The notes under the pieces: generated by a model
The model's database searches: none
The model's input: the letters and a program-made list of their open reading frames with translations, nothing else
Told to the model about the DNA's origin: nothing
Part shown: one piece after another, positions 1 to 11,153 of the stretch
Layout of the letters: the number at the start of each line of letters is the position of its first letter
Numbering within the stretch: position 1 is the stretch's first letter
IMG/VR virus record: IMGVR_UViG_3300034073_005389
Span: 248,001-312,000 of that record
Reading direction: 5' to 3' (one strand)
Length of the DNA: 64,000 bases
Translations under genes and position numbers: made by a program

Positions 1-107
1 GGACTCTCAAAATTACAAAGTAAAATCTTTGATTTTGTGGAGTTGTAGGCGGATAATCTTTAAAAGGAATAATTTCGTATGGCTTCCAATCGTTTAACAT
101 ACCCATT

Positions 108-135
108 ATTGTAATTATACATAAATTAGTGTCAA
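108..135 (-). promoter_or_regulatory. sigma70-like promoter TTGACA-N16-TACAAT
   Basis: Minus strand reads TTGACA (130-135), 16-nt spacer, TACAAT (108-113). Confidence 0.7.
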
Positions 136-2354
136 GGCAGGGTTTAATTTTATTAAATAGAGGCTGCCCATATGGCTACCATTTTCATGAACTTTCTCCT
201 TCTAAAGCTAGATCGGCTACTTTTTTAGCTTCTTTCTTAAATCTTTCCATATCTTTACGAGATGGGGTAATCCTAGCTTCACTATTTTGAAAATGATAAT
301 ATTGAGTAGAAATATAAGAGCTATAAATAGCAAGCCACTTCATTTTTTGGTAGTCTTCGTATGTCATTGCTTAACCTCAAACCTTTTATCTAAAGCCGTC
401 CTAATCTTTCTCATCATTGCGATGTTATCTTCTGCATCGAATTGACCTTCCAAATGATCTGCACAATCAAGCAACAAATCTCTTAAACTTTCAATTTCGT
501 CTTCTTTAGTATTTAATTTTAAATAAAGATCTGTTTCCATCTCTCCCATGTTATGAGAGGTTTGCTTGGCAGCCTCAATAGCTTTATCTCTTTCAAATTT
601 TAACAACTCCATTTGCTGTTGATAAGTAGGTGGCGCATGAATGTCTTTGACGCCATTAGCAGCAATATTACAGTATTCTGTAAGCAAATTATTCTGCTCG
701 CATAATTCACGCAATAACTCAAACCTAACTGCATACCATTCTTCAGTATGCTGTCTAGAACGTGAATCGCTGATTAGCATATCAGCGTTGTTTCGCAGTT
801 CAATTAATAGAGAGATGTCTTCATTTTTCTGAAAGCCTTGACCTAAATCTTTGGGAATCCAAGGTCCAGGAGTAGCCGCCCTATTTAATCTTTCTAGATT
901 AAGAAGCTTTTCTTTATGAAGTTTCCAGCTTTGATTTCTTTTCTCAATCAAGCCCATTCTTTTAATATTAGACATAATTTACTCAATCTTTTTACTCATC
1001 TTATTTAATTTTTCTAATAAGATATCTCTTTCCTCTACTATAGCTCCGCCACAATTACATCCATCATAATATGTTGGGCAATCTTCTAAATTTTTATGGT
1101 TTCCATGATAACATTCTTGCCAGAAATCGATTTCTTCTTCTGCAGTCATACAATCTTGGCAACGCAATTTATTATCTAAATAACTATCACAAATCCTTGA
1201 AGGATGTGGGGTCATATTAAATCTCTTTTGCTCGAAGAAAACTCATAGATAATCAATCCATAATCTGTAAAATGCCAAATTTGTTTTAGTTAATTGAAAA
1301 GCCGACCAACCACCCCAAGTAACCCTAAATTCCCTGCCATAACAAAGATTATGTTGACTTTTGGAAAGGGCAAGATAGGGTTGATCATATCTATCTTTGC
1401 CACCGTGAAAACATAATCCTAGAAAAAAATAAGCAAAAACTTTAGGCTTCATCTAATTCAATCCTTGTCAAGTAAAGAGCAGAAGAAAAATAATTCATTA
1501 TATCTTTCTTTGATTTGTCTTTTAGATTGCCGTAGAAGGATGGAAATGTTGGATCGCTCATTAATTCAGAAATAAATTCTTTTAACCATTTGTTGTAAGT
1601 TAACTTACTGGAAAAATAGTGGCGCTTAACGTCACCATCATGCCACATATAGATATGTTTCTTACTCATTATTTTGGTTCCCAAATAATCTTAATTCTAC
1701 CATCGCGCTTACATTGGCTATAGCTCTTTAATGTGCCCCAATCTTCAGGCTCTTCGCATTCTGCGTGAGTAACAAATACATATTGCTGACCTTCTTGCGT
1801 TTTCTCAACGCTAGTAACAACATAAGTTGTCTTGTCCCGAATAAATACTGTACCAATTTTAGGCTCAACAAATCCACATCTTTCAGCATCTAATTCTAGA
1901 CCATGCAATGAATCATATAGTGATCCATAATCATATGATACTGGATAAGCTTTAGATGATACTTTAAACTCATTCATGCTGGGCTCAATATCAATTGTAC
2001 AGCCCTCTGGATAAAGCTCTCTAATCCATTTCTCAACAGCATCACAATTTTCTCTCATCTTCTCTTCCTTTTTTAAGAGAAGATCTTCTTGATCATTGAC
2101 ATCTGAATATTTATTGTATGTGTGCAATCTGTCAGCAAAAGATGCTTTCTTTAAGCGAATTACTTTGGTACGAAATCCAGAATTTGTAAATTCATTTGCC
2201 TTTTTCTTCGCATCTTCTTGATGAGAAAACCGAAATGCTTCTTTTTGGCTTTTAACAAAAATATATGTTGGTGCGAATTCTTTTTTGTAATAACAATTAT
2301 CAGATAATCTTTTAATAACCCATTTTTTCATAATGAAATCCTTTATCTAGCACC

Positions 2355-2382
2355 AAGTTAAATTTTAAAAATAGCCTGTCAA
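2355..2382 (-). promoter_or_regulatory. sigma70-like promoter TTGACA-N16-TAACTT
   Basis: TTGACA at 2377-2382 and TAnnnT at 2355-2360, upstream of ORF 1669..2331. Confidence 0.6.
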
Positions 2383-2409
2383 GAGGGCGTTAATTTATAA
2401 ATTAATACG

Positions 2410-2910
2410 TCACTTTAAACTTTTTTGCAAAGCTTTTTCTGCTTGAGCCAAACGCTTTTCTAAATTTTCTTTATGAATCTTTAATTGCTCTAAATCATAA
2501 ACTTGTTTTTGCGCAGCATAAACTTTCATCTTTTCTTTATATTCCGACATATCTTTCAAATATTGCGCATAGTTTTTCTCATAAGTCTCCATCTTAGACT
2601 TATATTGCTTCATCTGCTTATCATAATTTTCATTCTCTACATCCTCATACCAAGACAAATACATTTCCTTAATCTCTGCATCATCATCATATGCTGATGC
2701 CCTAACAGATAAACTAATTTCATTTTCTGGAACATTAATTTGGTTAGCGGCAGCAATAATGTCAGATAAAGAAAAAGACATTGTAGAGGCATAAGAACCG
2801 CCAAAAGAATATGTCCTCTCCACCCCTTTTAATGTTTTAGAAGGTGGATGTGGTTTATATGGAGAAGAAGGTAATCTAGGCTCTTTAGGTGCTTTCATTT
2901 TGTTAGCCAT
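2410..2910 (-). CDS. Hypothetical protein, Pro-rich N-terminus plus coiled coil; paralog of 10674..11153
   Basis: Shared KxPxxP start, YxDDD motif and ENxNYxKQxKxY coiled-coil segment. Confidence 0.65.
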   Translation of the reverse strand: MANKMKAPKEPRLPSSPYKPHPPSKTLKGVERTYSFGGSYASTMSFSLSDIIAAANQINVPENEISLSVRASAYDDDAEIKEMYLSWYEDVENENYDKQMKQYKSKMETYEKNYAQYLKDMSEYKEKMKVYAAQKQVYDLEQLKIHKENLEKRLAQAEKALQKSLK

Positions 2911-3345
2911 AACTTTCTATTTCTCTAATCCAGTTAATTGGATAAGTGTTTTGCTCAAAAATACAGTTAACGCAGTTTTATTTAATAAAGACATTTTCGT
3001 ATCTTTATTAACTTCATCCATAGAAGCTATAATAATCTCTTTAGCCTTTTGTATTCCCGTAGAATAACCATCTTTAACTCCTTGAGCATAATTAAGTAAT
3101 TCAGTTTTCTGAACTTTTTTCTTAACTTGTTTGGTAGTCATAGATTTATCTTGCGGAATAGGTCCTTGGCTGTTTAAGCGAGAACTATCTCCTGATACAA
3201 AAGAAGGTTGATTATCACAACGATTACAACCAAAAACATCGAAGGTTTTACCTTCAAGAAGAAAAGAAGTATGCTGGATTTGACCAACAAGGCATTTATT
3301 GCAATTCATATAATATAATAATGATTATGTAATAACTAACTGATT

Positions 3346-3621
3346 TGGCTCCGACTCCAGGATTCGGACCTGGGACCCGAGAGTTACAATCCTACTTCGG
3401 CTTTCGCCGCCCTCTAAATTGAGGTTCGTAGTCTGGACTATCCCATCACCCGTTCTGGGTGGATCCATTATAGTCTCTGCACCTTCCCTTATCGGGCTTG
3501 GCTCAGGATTGCCATATCTTGCGATGAAGGGTTCCCTGAATTTCGGATCTTTTACACCAATTATCCCTAACTGGCGCTGCCACTAACAGCTCTCTGCTAC
3601 TACCAACTGAGCTAAGTCGGA
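3346..3621 (-). tRNA. trnN: tRNA-Asn(GUU), intron-containing (exons 3586-3621 and 3346-3386), CCA encoded
   Basis: Joined exons give TCCGACT/AGTCGGA acceptor stem, G73-CCA, GAGAG/CTCTC anticodon stem and loop CTGT|TAA. Confidence 0.95.
3387..3585 (-). mobile_element. Group I intron (IC3-like, 199 nt) between tRNA positions 35 and 36
   Basis: Core elements AAUUCAGGGAAC, AAUCCUGAGC, GUGCAGAGACUA and GAUAGUCC; P1 GCUGU/GCAGC with U.G at the splice site; P3 GAUCC/GGAUC; P8 CACCC/GGGUG; GAAA-capped P9; terminal G. Confidence 0.93.
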
Positions 3622-3635
3622 AAAACTTACAACTA

Positions 3636-4298
3636 CTATATATTGTATTTCTCTTTTATTTTTTTAATAAAAGCATAGGTAGTGGATTTTGATCTATTAT
3701 ATCTTAATGCTATTTCTTTTACAGACATAGACTTTATTATGTCTATCATGATCTCATCACTATCCCACACAGATTTATATATCACCTCATCGCTACATTT
3801 TCTTGAACAAAAATTTCTTTTATTTTCAGCAGACTTATATACTTTAATTTCTTTTTCGCAATTAGAACATTTCTTGAAAACTGATCCTATATCAATCTTT
3901 TTTTCTGGAACAATTTTTCTTAAATTTTCATAAGTCTTTTCATTATTAATTTTATCTAAAATGTCATGAACTTCTCCATGACAATTTGAACATAATAATT
4001 CACACTTATCTAATTCTAATTTAATTTTTTCCCAAGATCTAATATTTGGATTAGAGATAGTAAAATCTTTTTGCTGCGGATCAATATGATGAAAAACTAA
4101 AGATCGTATTGATTTAGAATATCCGCATTTACTACATGCGCCGCCTTTATACTCTATAGCTTTTAATTTTAAAGCTCTACGACTTTCACTTATTCTCCAA
4201 CGTAAATAAATCTTTCTCTCTGAAGTTAATTTCCTTTTTGTCATAATAGTATGACAATTTATGTATACAGCTAAGCTATATCGTAAAATTTTTATCAC
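3636..4298 (-). CDS. Free-standing HNH endonuclease with zinc fingers (start may be 4244)
   Basis: CSKCGY...LVFHHIDP...CELLCSNCHGEVH HNH motif, a second CxxC...FCSRKC finger and a C-terminal HTH-like segment. Confidence 0.85.
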   Translation of the reverse strand: MIKILRYSLAVYINCHTIMTKRKLTSERKIYLRWRISESRRALKLKAIEYKGGACSKCGYSKSIRSLVFHHIDPQQKDFTISNPNIRSWEKIKLELDKCELLCSNCHGEVHDILDKINNEKTYENLRKIVPEKKIDIGSVFKKCSNCEKEIKVYKSAENKRNFCSRKCSDEVIYKSVWDSDEIMIDIIKSMSVKEIALRYNRSKSTTYAFIKKIKEKYNI

Positions 4299-6819
4299 AT
4301 TTTATGTGAAACATAATTTAAAAAGAAATTAGCTACATCTAATGAATTATTAAATAACTTATATCCCATTAATTGTTTTGGATTACCATGAGGATTAAAA
4401 TATTCTTCATATTCTACTTTCCACATATTTTCTTCAATACATTTAACAGTAATACAATTACTATAACTTATATCGATTTCTAATTGTATTATCTGCTGTA
4501 ATATTTCAGCAGTTAATTGTTCAGGTTTCATTTTTACTATGTAAAGTAATAAGTATGTTAAACCGCCAAAAGTCTAAGCTAATTTTATAATCATAATTAT
4601 TAAATTGTTTTGACATAATGGGAAAGATAGTAATACTTCCAATATTACCTAATCTATAAAATTTAGACTTAAACCGTTTCATAACTTTTCACTAGTATAA
4701 CGCTTGTGGCGTGAGTGTCAAGGGCTGCAATTATTTAGTAATGATTTGCTCAAAGACTCGACTAAAACCTCCAGAATTGTATTCCCAAGCTGAATGCGGT
4801 GCGTAATCTGGATCATTTCTATCTAACATATCAATAAAATAAAAGACTTCACCTAAATTACAATTTTTAGAAAAAATTTCTTGAGGATCTCCTTCACAAT
4901 CGCATACAAGAATAAAACCTTTAACTGGACCAGTATGAGTCCGAGTAATGTTTGTAGATGAATTGATTTTTTCACTCATATTAAGGCTTTTTCTTTCCAA
5001 AAAGGTTTTCCCATCTATTTACCCACCATTTCATTTGACCAATTGTTGAAGGAGGTACAGAACAAAAATCTCCATGATATGGAACATGCTGTCCTCCTTT
5101 TTTCTCCTTAGAAGCAATAGCTGCTGTAAAAATTTCACAAATAGCTTCTAACTCATCCCAATAGGTATCCCTTTGGCACCATGGGCATGAAGCTGCTTTT
5201 TCGGTTGCTCCATCCCATGGAATCCAATGAGCCTCATGGGTTTCACAATAACGAATCATAGATGCATTATAAGATTTTACTTCCGAATTACTCATCTGCC
5301 ATCTCCAGCATACCTTCAAGGAAATCCATCTCAATATCTCCTAGAACAACTGTGTACCTATAGGTATTATACAAGGGATTAACCTTACAGACTACACCAG
5401 TTTTAGTAGTCAAGCCTGAATGTCTCATAATATATGAGAGTGCCTGAATAATACGAACTTTATCACCTACGTTGAAGTTAGGTGGTGGACTGGATATTGA
5501 TTCACTCATATTTTACCTATCTATATCTTTTGTAAGTCCATCAAGCCATATTTCATCTTCACATCTTCTATATAATTCAAATTCGTAATATTTTTTAAAA
5601 TGTTCAGGATTATAAAAATTTTCTCTATTAGGAGCGGTAAAATGACGATTCAAAAAATCTAAATGTTTTTGATATTCTGTATCATTTTTTTGATTGTACC
5701 TATGACCAACAAATTTATAACCCAAAGATCGGCAAATAGTAATATCATCCCCAGAGTCATTAAAAATGAAAATATCTTTAGGAGAAGTATTTTTACAAAA
5801 TTCAAATAAATCTGGAGCTATTCTATTAACAACGTAATCTTTTACTTCTTGTTTTTCTTCATCAGAATACAAAGAAATATCTTTATCAAAGACTCTACTA
5901 TAGCATTCTGTCATAATATAATTAGTAAGATACTCCAAATCTTGGAAGCACTCCTTATCATCATTTAAAGCATGCCAACCACCTTTACCTAAATCATAGG
6001 CGGTTTTATTGTGACGATTAATAATGTAATATTCGATTCCCATATTGAAATACATGCCTCACATTACTAAATGTTTGTCACTTTTAAATTCGGTGATAAC
6101 TTCCCAAAGTAACCCAAACAAGCTGGCGTTATAATGCGCATACATTCCATAAAATAAGACCCAACATGGACCTGGAGAGATTATGCCAGGATCTTCAAGA
6201 TGAATAGAAAAGAAACGGTTGTTAAAATTATATTTCATATATTAATCTCGATCTGTATCTAATTGTAAGTAGGGAGGTTCAGATTGCAAACATTTGACAA
6301 TATATTCTCTTAATAATGGAGCGATTTCTAATTCATCGACTTCTACATCATTACAAAACTTATGCTCATCGCATCTATAAACAGATGTTCTGAATTCAAT
6401 GCCTTTATCTTCTTCAGAATAAAGCTCATAACGAGTAGCTAAAGATGAGCAAGATATTCTGTCACATTTGGGTAGTGACATAATTATCTTTTTAGCTAAA
6501 GCATATTTGGTATGAATATCAATCATAATTATCCTTTTTATAAGGCAAAGTTTTTACTTTTAAAAATGTAAAAACTTTTTACTCCCTCATAATCATGAGT
6601 ACCGATTCTAAATCCTATTTTATGTAAATGATCTGCCCAAATATAATGAACAGATTTTTCTGATTGTAGGCAATCATAGTTATAACCATCCATATAAATC
6701 CAGCAACCATCTTTTTCAGGCTGCCTGAAACCTTTATTTGGTCCAGATTTGATGACTGGTTGAGAACTTACTGATTTTTTTGTTTTGTCCTTACCTAAGG
6801 TTTCAATCATAAAAGTCAA
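4295..6819 (-). other. Array of small hypothetical ORFs
   Basis: Co-oriented coupled ORFs; includes an unlisted ~59-aa ORF at about 6058-6238. Confidence 0.7.
4694..4721 (-). promoter_or_regulatory. sigma70-like promoter TTGACA-N16-TATACT, likely driving ORF78-HNH-tRNA-Asn
   Basis: TTGACA at 4716-4721 and TATACT at 4694-4699. Confidence 0.75.
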
Positions 6820-7169
6820 ATATTACTAATAATTTCAAAATTGATTTGATGTAACTTGGCACGATTAATCATATCTTTTGTGCCTCTGCTAGATTCTATA
6901 TCCTGATGAAAAGCTATTACTAATTCTGGATTAGTTTCATCAATCATTTTTTGATTTCTTTTAGGTCCTGCTGATTTACCATGTTTATTCCATTCAGCAG
7001 GAAAACATTTAATGTTGAGCCCAAGTTTCTTGGCAACAGAATCAGCAATCATATCTGCCCCTCGACAACCTCCATGTACAATAGTTGTACTAGAAGGTAA
7101 AGATTGTAATCTTTTATAGACAATATCTATATCAGTCCAATCTCTAGAGCCGCAAACTAAAACTATCAT
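6816..7169 (-). CDS. SLOG superfamily protein (YspA/cpYpsA-related, DUF2493-like)
   Basis: VLVCGSRDW...IVHGGCRGAD...AGPKRNQKM...VIAFH...SRGTKDMI motif order. Confidence 0.85.
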   Translation of the reverse strand: MIVLVCGSRDWTDIDIVYKRLQSLPSSTTIVHGGCRGADMIADSVAKKLGLNIKCFPAEWNKHGKSAGPKRNQKMIDETNPELVIAFHQDIESSRGTKDMINRAKLHQINFEIISNI

Positions 7170-8653
7170 GGTAATTTATTCCTCGTCATTAGAATTAATT
7201 TTTTTATAGAATCATTAGCAAATATTTGAGCATGTTTTTGAAATATATTATTCAATGCCTCGCAAACTGGTTGGCAATTTTTAAAAATTTTATCTCGAAA
7301 AACAACAACAAAATTATCTTTGTTTTCAGGATCTTCCAAAGAAACATACCATTCATCGTCTATTATGTCATGTATTAATTGGAATGGAAATAAAATATCT
7401 TTATCTTTCATTTTGAGCAAGCTACTTAGCAAAGGTCCAAACTTCTAATTTTTTCAAGCCCATAGCGGACTTTAAAAAAGTAAAATCAATTTTATCAAAT
7501 TCACCTTTATGGTAAATATGATCTAATTGTTCAAAAGTCATATCTGCTTGAAATGTAGTTAAAAGAGCTTTGGCTCCAAGCTCATTCTCAATTTTTTTTA
7601 CCATTAATGATGCGGCGCTTTTTTCTGTAAAAAATAAAGCATATCCAAGCTCTGGAGAAGTAACTAAAAAAACTCTATTCATAAATAATCTTTTTCTTCA
7701 ATTTCTTTGATTTTTTCTAAAAACGAATCTTCGCCATGATCTCCTGAATACAAATAATCTATGGCTTTCATTATCTTAGCCACTCTTCTAATCTCTGGTA
7801 TTTTAGACTTTAGTAAACTAATTACTTCTTCGCTATAATTAGGTGCATAATTATATTCGTCTACTTTAGAATTATTCTCAATATTATTTTCAAGTTCATC
7901 AGCAAACTGATCAACTTTGTAATAAACATATTCATTTGAACAAAAATGACCGCCGCTCATTTTCAGCCTTTATATGTTAGGTCATCTTCATTATCTGTTT
8001 CTTGATAATATCCTACAACATCGCACATATTTTTAATAAAATCATAGGCATTACTAATTACATGATCGCCTTGATAAATAGTTTCAGAGCAGCTAATTTC
8101 ATTTTCTTCAATGAATTGCTGACATAAAGCCCATAACACATCTTTAGGATTTATTTTTTTACGCATAGTTTACTTTCAAAAAGTTTGATTTACTACAATT
8201 TTTCCGATTTCAACTTCTCTTGAAATTTTTATTTGTTTAGTAGTAAACTTATCATTTTTTAGATAGCCCATTATTCCTACTTTAATAAGATCCATGTGAG
8301 TTTCTGGCTCATATCGTTTATAAAGCCAAGCAGGAGCTTGCTTCATAAAATATTTTTGATAATCTTGAGGATTAAGAGTGATGCTTGTACAATTCTGACT
8401 ACTATCAGAAAACAAGAAAGAATCAACTTTTTGAAAAAACTTTTCAATCTCAATATCTTGTTCAAGATTTTCTTGTGCAAGATAATCTTTGTTCTTTCTA
8501 AGAATCTTATGAGCATTTTCTACTGCTGTATTGAGTTTACCAACAACAGATAACCGCTCATCTAGAGTAACTTCTAGAATTTCTAGCGCATACTTTACTT
8601 CATCTATATAAGATAGATTTAATTTATCTAAAAAATCTTTAATTACAGATGCG

Positions 8654-8726
8654 GCAATTTTCTTATTAGATTCTTTTCTATCCATAAATATTTTTACCTA
8701 CACGTTTATTTTGCACTTACAAATAT
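8654..8726. repeat. 73-bp direct repeat, copy 1 (5' UTR plus first codons of ORF 8176..8685)
   Basis: Matches 9367-9439 with a single mismatch. Confidence 0.9.
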
Positions 8727-9366
8727 GATTCTATCCCGCCTTCAGTAAACCCACGCAACCGATCTCTTGAATTTTTTGAGCTTTGGATCATCATTCATCA
8801 AAGATTGAATTTTTTTATTCATGCGGATCTTCCAGGTTGTTTTTGGGCTAACCCACATGCCAAATACACTTGGGAAGTAGATGAATGGATTTCCTGGTGG
8901 CGTACCGATTTGTTTAATAATAGCCGAAACATTATTGATCTCAACCTCAAATCGATAACGAGAATCTTTGGAATTCCAAAAACTATAATTGGTTACCATA
9001 GCATCCACCTTAAAGATCCTCCTCCGGGATCACATGAAAATTGAAAGTATGGTAACCCCATTTAACCAAACCATCGCTGCCTGCAAAGATACCGTGTCCT
9101 TTCATGCCTGGAATCTCCCCTAAGAATAGGACTGGATCGCCTGATTTCCAGGGATACTTCTCCTCATACCCTGGGGGTGAAGAAAAAACCACAAGAAATC
9201 CATAGGTTATTCCAACCGGGAAATTAACAGGATTTTTTAGGTGTTCATCCAGTGGTAACCAATCTTCAAATTGTTCACGTTGGTATAATGCCATTTTCAA
9301 AACCGCCCTTCCAGGTTATCCATAGTGCTCATTTTATTCAGTTCCATGAAGTTTTTCTTGGTTGCA

Positions 9367-9439
9367 GCAATTTTCTTATTAGATTCTTTTCTATCCATAA
9401 ATATTTTTACCTGCACGTTTATTTTGCACTTACAAATAT
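9367..9439. repeat. 73-bp direct repeat, copy 2
   Basis: Same sequence; begins a 33-aa ORF MDRKESNKKIAATKK... at 9297-9398 (minus). Confidence 0.9.
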
Positions 9440-9462
9440 AAGGCTTGTCGTAAGCATGTCAA
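9435..9462 (-). promoter_or_regulatory. sigma70-like promoter TTGACA-N16-TATATT
   Basis: TTGACA at 9457-9462 and TATATT at 9435-9440. Confidence 0.7.
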
Positions 9463-10673
9463 GTGACGATAATTTTATAAATTACCACGGGTGAGCGTCT
9501 GTCACGATTCCAGCCATAATGGTAATATTAATTCTAGAGCTAGATTTGTTTGTTTCTAGCATGAATCCTTTACCATCTTTAGCGGAAACTCTACATTCAT
9601 AACCATTACCATGAATAATTTTCTCCGCAATTTCTACTGGCAAACCTCTAACTACCAAAGAAACTTCTACTGTAGTTAGCTTATAAGGAGAGTCTACAGA
9701 AATTTTCATACTTCAATTCCAATCTTAAATAAATCTTCTTTGTCAATTTTATAATTATGCTGTGCCCATTTTTGATCTAGATGAGAATCTACCCATTGTT
9801 TGTATGATTTACTATCATACATAACCTGATTTCCAAAAGTAAAACTATCTGACATAAACAATGCTTCAATTAATGACTTTAATTTGTATGCATTAAACTG
9901 AGCGTAGTAATAAACGCCAGGGTAGATATAAATTTTATCTTGATAAAGAAAACATTTTATATTAAAATTACTATGAGTAACTTTCTTTAGCTGCATATCA
10001 AAACCACAAACAGCAGTTCGATATTCAGAAACATCTTCATCATCTGGCGGAATCTTACCTGGATTATAATTTGGATTTGGCACAGATTCCCACCACATAT
10101 ATGGTGATTTGTAATCAAATTGATAATGAGAAAACTCTTTGGAAGCTAGCTCCAATATAGATTGGATTCTCCCTGATAAGTTTTCTCTTACTTGAGGATC
10201 AATACAAATAAGATCAGATATTTTCATCTTTAAAACTCACATTAACAGCATCTATCTCTACATTACAGAGAGTAACAAAACAAGTTGCTAATAAAGAATC
10301 GGCTTTGCAAGTCCAAGTTATTTCTTGGACACAAGGAATAACTTCTCCTGTATTTGAATTTATCAGCTTTGTTCCGGTCGTTGTTCCATCACTAATTATT
10401 TTTAATTTATAAGAATTATTATCTGTATTCATTTTTACTTTTCCTCTAGTTTTTGAATTTTAGATTTCAAGGTAACATTGAAATTAGCAAAATGCTTATC
10501 GCCAGGTTGTACATTGTATTGTGCGCTAGCATCTTCTCCCCAACCATAACCAACTTTAATTGGAACAGTAAGGTTCAAGTTAATTTTAACTGATTCTATT
10601 TTGCCAGTAAATAGAATTCTCATTTGTTTAGCTAAAGAATCTTTGATTTCTTTTGGAAGTTTAGATTTGCTTT

Positions 10674-11153
10674 TCATTTCTTTGCCTCATGCATTTGAAC
10701 AAATTTTTTCGCTTCTTCTAGGCGGATTTGAAATTCCTTGACTTCTTCTTGCTTAACCCAAAGCTTCCATTCTTTTACTTCTTGTTTGTAAGCCTTGTAA
10801 TCTTCTTGATATTTAGCAAGAGCTTTTTCGTAAGCTTTAATTTGCTTATTGTAATTTGGATTTTCTTTTTCTTGTTCAACTATTGAATATAGTTCAAGAG
10901 CAAAATCGTCGTCATCACTATATGGCTTTTTGAATTCTAAATGAATAGTTTCAGTCGGAATATTCTCTCTAAGAAGCTCTTTTAAACTAAACATGGCACA
11001 GTCATATAATGTTTTTTCGCCAAGATATTTATAACTAACTCGTTCAGTAATAGTTTTAGGCGGCTCTTTAGGTTTAGTTGGAGCACGAGGTTTGATAATC
11101 CTATCCCAACCTCTTCGCTTCTTTATCTCTGACTTAAGATTTTTTTCGCTCAT
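10674..11153 (-). CDS. Hypothetical protein, paralog of 2410..2910
   Basis: KPRAPTKPKEPPKT, YSDDDD and ENPNYNKQIKAYEK segments align with the paralog. Confidence 0.65.
   Translation of the reverse strand: MSEKNLKSEIKKRRGWDRIIKPRAPTKPKEPPKTITERVSYKYLGEKTLYDCAMFSLKELLRENIPTETIHLEFKKPYSDDDDFALELYSIVEQEKENPNYNKQIKAYEKALAKYQEDYKAYKQEVKEWKLWVKQEEVKEFQIRLEEAKKFVQMHEAKK

Larger units (their letters stand above)
185..3309 (-). other. Array of small coupled hypothetical ORFs (60-220 aa)
   Basis: Same-strand ORFs with overlapping or adjacent stop/start codons, typical of phage early regions; no family recognised. Confidence 0.75.
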
